The notes under the pieces: model-generated | What the model was told of the DNA's origin: nothing | The model's database searches: none | What the model saw: only the letters and a program-made list of their open reading frames with translations | Program-made: the position numbers and the translations under genes | Part shown: piece after piece, positions 30,109-40,245 of the stretch | Numbering within the stretch: position 1 is the stretch's first letter | Layout: every line of letters starts with the position of its first letter | Virus record (IMG/VR): IMGVR_UViG_3300028591_000111 | Strand: one strand, 5' to 3' | DNA: 64,000 nucleotides | Origin: an uncultured virus (IMG/VR IMGVR_UViG_3300028591_000111) | Taxonomy: Duplodnaviria > Heunggongvirae > Uroviricota > Caudoviricetes

Positions 30109-31516
30109 CAAAGTGCGAGCCGCAAGCCCATCTGCCTTTAGGCGGTGGGTTAGGCGAGCAAATAAACATATTTTCTTTCTTGCATAATAAATAACTCTAT
30201 GCTATCTATATGATAGTGTGGCTAGTGATTGCAACACGAAAAGACGTACAGCCTAACGTCCGCCACACTCTCTTTTTAGAGACATTTAGGCAAGTATTCA
30301 AGGCTAAATACCATGTTTAAGGCATTTAAGTACAGATTATACCCCACTGCACCACAGGCAGAGAAAATCAACCAAAACATTGGTTGTGCCAGATTCGTGT
30401 ATAATCAATTACTGGATGACCGTATTAAAGTCTATAATGAGACTAAGCAGAAGTCCAAAAAGACTTACTCTGCTCTGAAAGAAGATCATGATTTTTTGAA
30501 ACATGCAGACAGCCGTGCTTTGAAAAATGCTCAGGCTAACTTGGATGAAGCATATAACAAGTTTTTTAAAGAACCAAACACTGGTTTTCCAAAGTTTAAG
30601 TCTAAGCACAAATGTCGTTGGAGTTACACCACAGACAATAACAATAATGCCATACACTTCAAAGGAAACAAACTTCAACTTCCAAAAGTGGGGGCAATAA
30701 GAGTTGTTCAACATAGAGACATTGAAGGTAGGATACTCAGTGCCACAATTAGCCTTGAACGTAGTGGCGAATACTATGCTTCTATCTTGTGTGAGATTGA
30801 ACAACCAGAACTATTACCAGTCACTGAAAAGAAGATTGGTATAGACCTTGGATTACATGCTTTAGTTGTCTGTTCTGATGGAGAACAAGTTGAAGCACCA
30901 AAGTGTTTCAGGGAAACAGAACAAAAATTAGTCAAAGCACAACGAAAATTTGCACGAACACAAAAGGGTAGTAATGGACATGAAAAGCTCCGAATAAAAG
31001 TTACCCGTTGTTATCAGAAAATAAAAAACCAACGTAATGATTTTTTGCAGAAATTATCGGCCAAACTTATTAACGAAAACCAAGTGATTTGTTTGGAAGA
31101 TTTATCTGTAAAAGGAATGCAGAAAAACCACAAACTTGCTAAATCTGTTAGTGATGCTAGTTTTGCTAAGTTTGTTTCTATGCTTGAATACAAAGCAGAG
31201 TGGTATGGACGAACTCTTGTTAAAATAGATAGATTCTATCCAAGTACACAAATTTGTAGTAGTTGTGGTTTCCAGAATACTTCTTTAAGAGGATTGAAAA
31301 ATTTGAACAAACGAGAATGGATTTGTCCAGAATGTGGAGAAGTTCATGATCGAGACTTGAATGCCTCAAGGAATATACTCAAAGAAGGATTAAGAATATT
31401 GAATCCACGGAACGTGGAGGATAGCGAGCTTACTGCATGTCACACTAATAGTTTTTCTATTAGTGGAGGTGTGCTTGCACTCGAAGCCCACGGGCTTTAG
31501 CCCGTGGGTAGTTCAC
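30109..31516 (+). mobile_element. IS200/IS605-family TnpB-only element inserted 3' of TTGAC
   Basis: Left hairpin 30114-30160; right end GAAGCCCACGGGCTTTAGCCCGTGGGTAGTTCAC; exact in-frame rejoining of flanks. Confidence 0.9.
30313..31500 (+). CDS. tnpB: RNA-guided endonuclease TnpB
   Basis: [12 protein letters not shown]; RuvC IGIDLG / EDL / DRDLNA; CSSCG...CPECG zinc finger. Confidence 0.95.
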   Translation: MFKAFKYRLYPTAPQAEKINQNIGCARFVYNQLLDDRIKVYNETKQKSKKTYSALKEDHDFLKHADSRALKNAQANLDEAYNKFFKEPNTGFPKFKSKHKCRWSYTTDNNNNAIHFKGNKLQLPKVGAIRVVQHRDIEGRILSATISLERSGEYYASILCEIEQPELLPVTEKKIGIDLGLHALVVCSDGEQVEAPKCFRETEQKLVKAQRKFARTQKGSNGHEKLRIKVTRCYQKIKNQRNDFLQKLSAKLINENQVICLEDLSVKGMQKNHKLAKSVSDASFAKFVSMLEYKAEWYGRTLVKIDRFYPSTQICSSCGFQNTSLRGLKNLNKREWICPECGEVHDRDLNASRNILKEGLRILNPRNVEDSELTACHTNSFSISGGVLALEAHGL

Positions 31517-31779
31517 AGGACAACGATTCGGAAATCTTACTGTCATCGAAATCGCATACGAAACAAAGTCTGACACCAAATGGCTATGCCAGTGCGACTG
31601 CGGTCTAAAGATCGATGTCGAAGCAAGAAAGCTACTTAACGGAACAACAACAACATGCGACAGCAAAACGTGCGCCTTTAACAGAAACAAACGAAATCAA
31701 AAGCTGCCATCACTCAAAGCATCAATCCAGCGATACAGATTTGTTATTGCTAAATCAAAGCTAAAAAATAGATGGTAGT

Positions 31780-32170
31780 TTTAATAATATTCTATAAAAA
31801 ACCGCTTTTGCAGAATATTCTTAAAATTAAAGAGACATCTGTACGGTGATTTTTTGGTAAAATAAAAAAATTGACATAAAAACGTCTAATAAAATTCTGT
31901 TTTTATATAAAAATTCCAAAAAACAAAACAAATATTGAATTTTACACACACGTTTTTAACAAACTCCGACTGTACACAAGTCTGTTTTTATAAATATGTC
32001 AATTTTTTAGAATATTATTCGTAATACAGTTATCCACAAACCTATCAACAACTGTGAATAACAAAACATCTTATCCCAATTAAGAACTTCTGCATATCGA
32101 AACAATACGGCAACTTCCAATTATGAAGTTCTGCATTTCACCACTTAACAGCAACCACCCAATTCACAAC
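31780..32170. other. Candidate replication origin
   Basis: TTATCCACA at 32030-32038, CTATCAACA at 32042-32050, TGTGAATAA at 32053-32061; adjacent AT-rich inverted repeats; strand-skew switch. Confidence 0.55.
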
Positions 32171-32174
32171 TTCT

Positions 32175-32360
32175 GCAAAAAGAAAAATGGCGGCAACCAG
32201 TTTCCCAGTCACCGCCATTCACCACATCCATCTACTTGAATATGAATACTCATAACTCAATCGCGTTTTCTCTATACAACCAACTGAACACATCTATCTG
32301 ATAAATCGTGTGATTCGGAGGTTCGCGAGCGCCTATGCGAACGCAGCACGCTTGCACTTA
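32175..32360 (-). ncRNA. Candidate sRNA of about 185 nt
   Basis: TTTCTATCTA at 32366-32375 (-), no ORF, GC-rich terminator atggcgg...ccgccat + U-tract. Confidence 0.45.
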
Positions 32361-32384
32361 TATTATAGATAGAAAGGTAATTAT

Positions 32385-34019
32385 TTGCGTTCTCTAACCC
32401 CCCGATCTTTAGTCTGGTGGCAGAACACGAATTTATTGATTTAAAATATCAAATTAAAACTTGCAAACAAAAAAAAGATTTCTATCTATAATAAAAAAGT
32501 GTGGCTAGATCGGCCAATCGAAAAGTGAGAGTTGTTCACTCACCTGCCACACTTTCATAACGAACAAGTATGAGAACAGATACCATGAAAATAACACGTT
32601 GTTTTAAAGTCAGAATATACCCAACACCTGAACAAGTTAAGCTATTTAGCAAAACATTCGGGTGCAGGAGATTTGTATATAATAAATATGTTGAACAACG
32701 AGAAATTTTCTATAACGAAAATATTAAAAACAAAAATCTTTCTGATAAAGAAAAGAAAGCTATATATAAGCTGTTTACATATAAAACAGAGAAGCGGTTA
32801 AAAGAGGAATATCCATTTTTAAAAGAAGTTCCATCGACGGCATTGCAACAAGCTCGTGGTGATGCTGAAGAAGCATATAGTCAATTCTTTAAAGGCAATA
32901 AAGGTAAACCGCATTTTCAGAAAAAGAATGGTTTGCAGTCATTCAGACTAACTATGCTCACAGCAAAACCATTATGCGAACACAAACGAACCATAACGCT
33001 TCCTGTAATAAAAGAAGTCACATTCAGGAATGGGATTATACCTAAATGGTTTAAGCAGAAAGGAGTTGAATATAAAAATATAACTGTTTCTAAAACACCG
33101 TCTAATAAATACTTTGCATCTATTTGTTGCGTTTATGACAGTGCTGAGAAAAAGAAATATTACTCTGGTAGTGATAGCCAAGCTATTGGATTAGATTTTT
33201 CACCTCTGAATTGTTATATAGACTCAAACAACAATAAAGCACCGAACTACGTCCCAGTGAAACAAAGACTACGAAGAAAAATAGCACATCTGCATAGAGA
33301 GTTGGCTAGACGTGGCTTGAAACGAGACGACAATAACAAACCAATCCATGATAAAAATGGAAAGTTGATTGTTGCTGGTTCTAAAAACAGAGAGAAAACA
33401 AGAATCAAATTAGCTCGCTTAGAAGAACACGGTGCTAACAAACGACGAGACTACATAGAAAAAGAGACTTTGCGTTTAGTTCACAATTATCAGATTGTTG
33501 GTTTGGAAACATTAAATATAAAAGGTTTGATGAAGAAAACTAACAAAAACGGTAAACGTATTAAACACAGAAATGCTAAAAACTATGTTGATGTATCGTG
33601 GTCTAAATTTGACACAACACTGATATGGAAAAGTCGATTCCATAACTGTTTTGTAGTGAACGCTGATAGATGGTTCGCATCATCTCAGTTGTGTAACGGT
33701 TGTGGTTTTAAGTTTAGTGGGACAAAGAATTTAAGCTGTCGTGAGTGGATATGTCCTGAGTGTGGCGAAGTGCATAACAGAGATTGTAATGCTGCATTGA
33801 ACTTGCGAAACAATGCCATTCAGTGTTATAGTGAATTTAAAAATGGTATCGTAGGAACTACGAGAACCGACAGGGATAAAGTTGTTATCCCTGTCTATGC
33901 CTGCGGAGGGGTTGGATGTCGTAAGACGGAGGCTTTGATGAAGCAGGAAGAAATTAACGTGAGTTGTTTCATAGAATCCGACTGCCTTTAATGCGCACGC
34001 GAGACAGTTGGTAGTTCAA
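32385..34019 (+). mobile_element. IS200/IS605-family TnpB-only element inserted at the portal gene stop codon (3' of TTAT)
   Basis: Terminal hairpins; right end GGTAGTTCAA; removing it restores the portal end CAG TAT GGT CTA TAA. Confidence 0.8.
32570..33991 (+). CDS. tnpB: RNA-guided endonuclease TnpB
   Basis: FKVRIYPT HTH; IGLDFS / ETL / NRDCNAA RuvC; CNGCG...CPECG. Confidence 0.92.
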   Translation: MRTDTMKITRCFKVRIYPTPEQVKLFSKTFGCRRFVYNKYVEQREIFYNENIKNKNLSDKEKKAIYKLFTYKTEKRLKEEYPFLKEVPSTALQQARGDAEEAYSQFFKGNKGKPHFQKKNGLQSFRLTMLTAKPLCEHKRTITLPVIKEVTFRNGIIPKWFKQKGVEYKNITVSKTPSNKYFASICCVYDSAEKKKYYSGSDSQAIGLDFSPLNCYIDSNNNKAPNYVPVKQRLRRKIAHLHRELARRGLKRDDNNKPIHDKNGKLIVAGSKNREKTRIKLARLEEHGANKRRDYIEKETLRLVHNYQIVGLETLNIKGLMKKTNKNGKRIKHRNAKNYVDVSWSKFDTTLIWKSRFHNCFVVNADRWFASSQLCNGCGFKFSGTKNLSCREWICPECGEVHNRDCNAALNLRNNAIQCYSEFKNGIVGTTRTDRDKVVIPVYACGGVGCRKTEALMKQEEINVSCFIESDCL

Positions 34020-35821
34020 AGACCATACTGAAAATAATCATCATTTTTTTTGTCAATTTCAGATTTTTTTTGACGCTCTATTGCTTGCTTTAATGATGAT
34101 GTATTTTTATTTTTTTTGACATCTGAATCTAATTCTATTCTGTCTTTGCTGTTGTGTTTATTGTATCGATTTCTGTCAAACTCTTGTATTTCTGGATTTT
34201 GACCTTTAGAAAACTTTTTTGTGTTTCTATCTATATTAATATTGTGATGCGGAGTTTCATGTAAACTTTCATCTTCTTTGAAATTGTGGTTTAGGGAATC
34301 ATTGAACTGGTTGTTTTCAACATTCTTAATTGAATCTGGATAAGCGAGCTGGATATTATTTTTAATCATATTGGCGAGTGGTTCTGGCAGAGCTAAGTTA
34401 TCTACTAAGAATGGAATGATTTGGTATTTGTCGATTTTATTATCTTCATCAATTGTAGTGAGTATATCAATGAGTTGAGTGATTCTGTTATTCTGTTGTT
34501 CTAAGTATTCGGCGCGTTCGATAGCTTCTGCGGAAGAAACCTGACGGAAACAGACTTGGAAATTTGGGATATTATTTTGAGTATAAACATTCTCGAAGTT
34601 ATCTAAATTAAATTTCCATAGTAGAAGTTTTCTGATACCGATTCCGAGATATTTTTGGATACGTTGGATAGTACGAGCGTAACGGATATCGAGTCGAGTG
34701 AGTGAAGATTCCCCTAATCCCGATGGTAGGTCTTCTGATTGTCCGAGAAATTGTTTTGGCACTTTGAGTGCGGCATAATATTGGTTATCGAAGAAATCAA
34801 GGTCTGCCATTTCGCTGACATTGAAGTCTCCTCCGATAGTGTCAACTGATACGGCGTTTCGGCCATTTCTTGATGTCAAATAAATATTGCCACCAGTTGA
34901 CATAGGTGAAGACAGTGTATTGATACCGACTTTAGGTTGAATAGTTTGAGAATTAGAGACGACATCCCGAATTTCTTTAATGATACGAGTAGTTTCTCTG
35001 TCGTCAGCGTTTCCGACATCAATATTAAAGATTCGATAGAATTGCGAGCGAGTGAGTCTAGCGAGCATCATGAGGTCTTTGTATAGGTCTAAAGTTTTGT
35101 ATAGAGTTCTAGCGGCTTCAAGGAAAGAGTTACCGTATTTAACGGTATAGTTTTGAGTAGTAGTGTTTGTGGAATTATCGTCTTGAATTTGAATAGAGAC
35201 GCGAGCGTAATTGAGTCCGTTATCAGCGGAGAAGTGAATGAAATCTTTTTCGTCGAGAATGATTTGTTCTTCGTATTGTGAGCGAGCGGCGTTTTCGTTT
35301 CTGTTAGCGATGAATCCAGATGGTTTACCGTAGTGGAAGATGTGAGTGATGAATTCAGCGGTTTCGATTTCAAAGTAGTCCCCGACGCGGTTTCCAGCGA
35401 GTTTATAAGCGTCATCGGAATAGAAAGTAGAGACGTAAGCGTCACCGAAAACGATGAGGTTAAAAGCGATGGCGTATAGATTTATTTCTGAATTGAAGTT
35501 TACATGAATGAAGTCATTCATTTCTTTTTCGAGTTGAGGGAATTCAGGGCAAGAGATCCAGACAGAATAACCTGTATCTGGGTCAGGCTGAGTAGCGTCT
35601 TCTGCCATGAGTTCGACGGCGGATAGTGTTGTAGCGTCAGCGAGCATGGAGCGGTATTCAGCGAGACGGTTTTTACGGTCTTGTGCGACGGTTTTAATAT
35701 CTTGAATGAGTTGGTATAGGTCTTTGACGTTTAGGTCGCCGTAAGAGGGTAGTACGTTAGAGTTGACGACGACGTTACCTTTTTTGAAGAAAGCTTCGTA
35801 TAATCGTTTAAAGATTCCCAT
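34016..35821 (-). CDS. Portal protein (T4 gp20-like)
   Basis: RIFNIDVGN, DLDFF...ALKVPK.FLG, TRLDIRYARTIQRIQ match gp20-family motifs. Confidence 0.85.
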   Translation of the reverse strand: MGIFKRLYEAFFKKGNVVVNSNVLPSYGDLNVKDLYQLIQDIKTVAQDRKNRLAEYRSMLADATTLSAVELMAEDATQPDPDTGYSVWISCPEFPQLEKEMNDFIHVNFNSEINLYAIAFNLIVFGDAYVSTFYSDDAYKLAGNRVGDYFEIETAEFITHIFHYGKPSGFIANRNENAARSQYEEQIILDEKDFIHFSADNGLNYARVSIQIQDDNSTNTTTQNYTVKYGNSFLEAARTLYKTLDLYKDLMMLARLTRSQFYRIFNIDVGNADDRETTRIIKEIRDVVSNSQTIQPKVGINTLSSPMSTGGNIYLTSRNGRNAVSVDTIGGDFNVSEMADLDFFDNQYYAALKVPKQFLGQSEDLPSGLGESSLTRLDIRYARTIQRIQKYLGIGIRKLLLWKFNLDNFENVYTQNNIPNFQVCFRQVSSAEAIERAEYLEQQNNRITQLIDILTTIDEDNKIDKYQIIPFLVDNLALPEPLANMIKNNIQLAYPDSIKNVENNQFNDSLNHNFKEDESLHETPHHNINIDRNTKKFSKGQNPEIQEFDRNRYNKHNSKDRIELDSDVKKNKNTSSLKQAIERQKKSEIDKKNDDYFQYGL

Positions 35822-36392
35822 GGTGAAATATTCCTTTGTCAGCGAGTATGGTCAATGGTTATGGTTATGGTTACAGATTATGTTAAATAGTTGGTTACTG
35901 ATTATGCAAAATGTTTAATGTTAAGAATGCTATGTATATGTTATATTATGTTATCACTACTATGTATATAGCAAGTTGTTTAAATAGTTAGTTATGTTAT
36001 GATGTATGGTATTGTGTTATTGATTGACACGATGATAATATGTTATTTGTAATAGGATAATAGATAGTGTTATTTGGTTTTAGCTTAGATTATGTTATGT
36101 CATGCTTATGTTGCAATGATTTATTCTATGTGTTTTTATGAGTGTTTTTACGATTTATGTTGTGTGTTTGTGTTTGTGTTTGTGTATATGATGTTAAAAG
36201 TTATGTTGTTTAGTTATCAGAAGTTATGGTATTGATAACGTCTGATCTAAGAGAGACAGTTATATGTTATAGTGTGTAGTTGGTCAAGTTGAAAAAAAAT
36301 CCTGTTATATGATATATGTTTTGTATCAAATAACAGGACATGATTGTGATTAAGTGATTGTTGATAGCTTATTGCTTATGTTAATTAGTTAG

Positions 36393-36962
36393 TTATTTAT
36401 ATTCAACCATCATAACGCCGAATTCGCCATCAGCTTGTAAACATAAGAAAAACATGTGTTGATATGGAACGAAGAAAGTTTGAATATTTTTTGGTGTATT
36501 GACAAATAGAGATTTGAGTGTTTTTAGATCTTTAGTATCTCCTGTCAGTGTTTCACCATCATTGTCAGTGACATCGAATTTGTTTCCATTGATAGTGATA
36601 TCTAATTTATTTAATCGTATTGGGTTACTTCTTCCGTCGGATGTGTAACGGAACATATTATCGGCAGCATCTTTCGGAAGTTTTGCTGTATAGATTGTTT
36701 GTAAACCAGTATCTGCAATAAAATCGAATATATCTTCTTTAGTTGCGTAAAAGTATTTACCGTTTGAGATAGCGGTTTGATAATCAGGATGCATGATGCT
36801 TCCAAGCATGATTCTGTCATTTAGGTCTTTTCTTCTGAATGAGCGTTTTTCTGGTACTAAGATGTTTTCTAGTTTGTAGCTTTTTTGTTTTTTGTTTTCT
36901 GATTTACGATAATGGAATTCTTTATCATCTTCATAAAATCTTTTTGTGTATTTTCTAATCAT
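36393..36962 (-). CDS. MIRR-leader family protein
   Basis: MIRKYTKRFYED at 36962 after AGGA; TTTCTATCTA at 37028-37037 (-). Confidence 0.7.
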   Translation of the reverse strand: MIRKYTKRFYEDDKEFHYRKSENKKQKSYKLENILVPEKRSFRRKDLNDRIMLGSIMHPDYQTAISNGKYFYATKEDIFDFIADTGLQTIYTAKLPKDAADNMFRYTSDGRSNPIRLNKLDITINGNKFDVTDNDGETLTGDTKDLKTLKSLFVNTPKNIQTFFVPYQHMFFLCLQADGEFGVMMVEYK

Positions 36963-37141
36963 GGCGTATCCTAAAAACGTTGTTGATATAAAAATGGTTA
37001 CAAGGCTGAGACATTTCAATGGTTACATAGATAGAAAGAATTATTTGTTGTTTTGTTAAGTGTTTTGTGATAAAGATTGATCGTTATTATTTATTATTAT
37101 AATAATAATAACTTATTCGATATTATCATGGATGTTGTGAC

Positions 37142-37924
37142 ATGGCAATAGAAAAAGAGTTAATTAGTGATAGTGCTAGATTATATTGTGCAGACTGCAT
37201 AGATGTTTTTGACAGTGGTGTTATAGATTGTATGGTTGATGCTATTGTTGTTGATTTGCCTTATTATGGGATTGTTAAGGATGAGTTTGACAATCAGTGG
37301 CGTGATGTTGATGATTATATTATGTGGGTTATGGATGGTGTTAAGCGTGGTTGTGGTGTGCTAAAAGACGGTGGTGCATTTGTGCTTTTCTGTTCGCGTC
37401 AAAATGTTCACAAGATCGCGATAGCTTGTAGTGAGATAGGTCTTGTTGAGCAAAGAATGATTGTGTGGTGTCGCAAGCGATGTTTTAACAATACGAGGGG
37501 AAAAGCGTTGGCTAGTGGATATGAGCCAATATTATACATGACAAAAGGTTGTGACGGTATTACGTTTAATAATTTGAAAGTGAAAGTTGAGAGTGACAGA
37601 AAAGAATATAGCGAGGGTGTATTGAGGGATGGAGTAAGTCTGTCTGATTGTTGGACAGATATTGCAGCGTTGCCGCACAATTCAAGGGAGCGCGTTTCAC
37701 ATCCTACACAGAAGCCAGTTAAGTTGATGCATCGCATTATTGAGATGGTGAGCAATGCTGGTGACTGTGTGTTAGATTATTGCATGGGGAGTGGTTCTAC
37801 TGGTGTTGCGTGTTTAGAGAGTGGCAGGCATTTTATCGGCATTGAGAAAGATTGTCGGTACTATGATCTTGCAGTTGAAAGAATCAGTTGTTGTGGCGCG
37901 TGCAAGCAGATGAGCTTGTTTTAA
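37142..37924 (+). CDS. DNA methyltransferase (N4C/N6A, beta class)
   Basis: DLPY, HPTQKP, LDYCMGSGSTG. Confidence 0.9.
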   Translation: MAIEKELISDSARLYCADCIDVFDSGVIDCMVDAIVVDLPYYGIVKDEFDNQWRDVDDYIMWVMDGVKRGCGVLKDGGAFVLFCSRQNVHKIAIACSEIGLVEQRMIVWCRKRCFNNTRGKALASGYEPILYMTKGCDGITFNNLKVKVESDRKEYSEGVLRDGVSLSDCWTDIAALPHNSRERVSHPTQKPVKLMHRIIEMVSNAGDCVLDYCMGSGSTGVACLESGRHFIGIEKDCRYYDLAVERISCCGACKQMSLF

Positions 37925-38707
37925 AGTTTAATTTAGATTGGTTGGTTTATTATGAATTATGGATTACCTTATAAGGGAAGAAAGTCTGGCATCTGCAAGT
38001 GGCTAATGGAATATATTCCTGTGTGTGATATATTTGTGGATGTGTTTTGTGGCGGCTGTGCGGTTACACATGCGATGATGTTGGAAAATAAAGCGAATCG
38101 CTATATTTTAAATGATTTGAATGTTGGTGTTGCTGAATTATTTATTGATGCGTTGTCTGGAAAGTTAGATGATAAATATGATATAAACAAATTTGTTAGC
38201 AAGGATGAATTTTTTGAGAAGAAAGAAAATGAATTTTTTATAAAGTGTATTTATACCTTTGGTAATGATAATAATAACGGATCATTTCTTTATTCAAAAG
38301 ACAGTGAGATATATAGGCGTGCTTGTCACAATGTTATTATTGACGATGACTGGTCTTTGTTTGAGAAGGTATGTCCAGAGATATATAGAGATGTTTTTGC
38401 GAGGATGGGTGGTAAAGTTTATGATGATAGGAAAGATAAAAGAATTGAGCTTGGAAAGTGTATAGCAAGTTCGTTGAAGGAATTGATTATTAAGGATATT
38501 CCTTTATTGAATTATGCTATTAACAAAAATCATTTATATAAGCAATACATACCTTATTTGAAAGGTAATAAAATTGGGATGCATATATCACCAACACCTC
38601 ATTTAGAAAGAATTGAACGATTAGAAAAAATTAAAAATAAAGATCATTTTTTATTTGATATAAGTCATTGTGATTATAAAGAATTAGAGATCGCGGATGG
38701 ATCGTGT

Positions 38708-40245
38708 ATGAACTACCCACGGTCATAAAGACCGATGGGTTTCATGCTTCACCGAGACAAACTTGCTGTCGCCGCATAAACAGCATGGTTCGGCTATGAT
38801 GTTGCCACCATAGCTTTTGACAGAAGAGGTTTGTTTCTCCACATCACCGCGTCCCGCAGTGTTTGATTTCTTTTTCTTAGATTTTTTGTTGACATTCTCA
38901 TAGCCGTTATCAGCCATCCAGACCATGCACAGTGCCGCATGGACATCCCTATCCATATTCACGCCACAATCGCATTCAAACACTCTATCCCAAAGCATGA
39001 TCTCTTTATGGATTTCTCCACAGTTAAAACATAGCTTTGTTGTCGGTGCAAAGCGTGATAAAACATGGACATTAGCTTGCTGTTTAAGCATGTTTTTGAC
39101 TCTGCCTAAGACAGATTGTTGCACAGCTTTTCCATGTGAGCTTTTGTGCCATGCTTTAAGATTTTCGTCTTGAATTACGACTTTGTTATAGTGCTTTAGC
39201 TTATTGACGAATTTGTAAGAGAAATCGTCTTTTTTGCGTCCTAACTTGTCGTATGCTTTTCTTAGCAGTTCGCATGACTTATTATATTGCTTAGAATCCT
39301 TTTTCTGTCTAGCCATCTTTTTATGCAGTTTACGCATGGATTCAGTTTCTTGCAATTTGAAGTCAATCTTGCGCCCGTCAGAAAGAGTGAATGATGTAGA
39401 ACATCCGAAGTCAATGCCTATTGTTTCATTGTTTTTCTCCGCTGAAATAATATGTTTCTTGTCGATATAGACAGTCCAATGTATGTAATAGTCACCATTT
39501 TTACGAATTAGTTGAGCAGTAGTAATTTCAGCATTAGGATTCGTGTAGAACTGTTCCAAGCCATGAACGTAAAGAGTGCCAGATGTTTTCTGAATAGACA
39601 CTCTATGTAATGATTCTATGTTATGAGTTTTTGTGTATTGCTTTAAAATTATGCAATTTATTTCTTTTTTGAATTTTAGTTTTCCAACCTTATGCCCATT
39701 CAATTTAAGTTCGTGCAAAGCAGACAACGAATCACTGATTTTAGCCTTAATGCTTTGTTTCATCGCAGCAGACAAAACAGTTAATTCATGTTCGACAGGT
39801 TGTTTATTTTTATCATATGCAGTGACCGTTTTTGTTTTAGTGTCAAGCTCAGACAGTTTATGCGTTTCCATGAAGTTGATTGCATAGTTATAGAACCACT
39901 TTGCTTCAACAAACAATCTTTCAAGCTGTTCTTTCTGAACAGTGTTCAGTTTATGCTTGTTTATCTTTGTTTTAAAGACAAAGCATTTCTGAGATTCGCG
40001 TCTTATTCGAGTCTCAGCTAGTGTCTGCTTTATCTTAATGTTTTTGCTGTTCATGGTGCTGACCTGTGACACGACCTTTTTGTTTTTAAGGCGGCAGGTG
40101 AGAAGGTCAAAACTCACTTTTCGGCTGTACATACCTAGCCGCTTATAATATAATAGATAGAAACATAAAAAATTCAAATTGAAAATGTTTTAATGTCATG
40201 CTAAATTATTCCCACCTGCTGAAGCAAGTGGGCTATTTTATTTTT
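38708..40245 (-). mobile_element. IS200/IS605-family TnpB-only element
   Basis: Right end ACCCATCGGTCTTTATGACCGTGGGTAGTTCAT; left hairpin cccac..gc..gtggg at about 40211-40232. Confidence 0.85.
38723..40054 (-). CDS. tnpB: RNA-guided endonuclease TnpB (probable start MNSKN)
   Basis: IGIDFG / DENL / DRDVHAA RuvC; CFNCG...CDCG. Confidence 0.88.
   Translation of the reverse strand: MNSKNIKIKQTLAETRIRRESQKCFVFKTKINKHKLNTVQKEQLERLFVEAKWFYNYAINFMETHKLSELDTKTKTVTAYDKNKQPVEHELTVLSAAMKQSIKAKISDSLSALHELKLNGHKVGKLKFKKEINCIILKQYTKTHNIESLHRVSIQKTSGTLYVHGLEQFYTNPNAEITTAQLIRKNGDYYIHWTVYIDKKHIISAEKNNETIGIDFGCSTSFTLSDGRKIDFKLQETESMRKLHKKMARQKKDSKQYNKSCELLRKAYDKLGRKKDDFSYKFVNKLKHYNKVVIQDENLKAWHKSSHGKAVQQSVLGRVKNMLKQQANVHVLSRFAPTTKLCFNCGEIHKEIMLWDRVFECDCGVNMDRDVHAALCMVWMADNGYENVNKKSKKKKSNTAGRGDVEKQTSSVKSYGGNIIAEPCCLCGDSKFVSVKHETHRSL

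Larger units (their letters stand above)
30077..31778 (+). pseudogene. Zinc-ribbon (IDLTGQRFGNLTV...WLCQCDCG) gene split by an IS insertion
   Basis: Joining 30077-30108 to 31517-31778 restores MKKLLKKIDLTGQRFGNLTVIE...CQCDCG...RW*. Confidence 0.85.

Noticed and set aside
30109..40245. TnpB insertions as IStrons (self-splicing)
   Set aside because: Only about 190-200 bp separate each left end from tnpB and no group I core motifs are visible; the element in the MTase is antisense to its host gene
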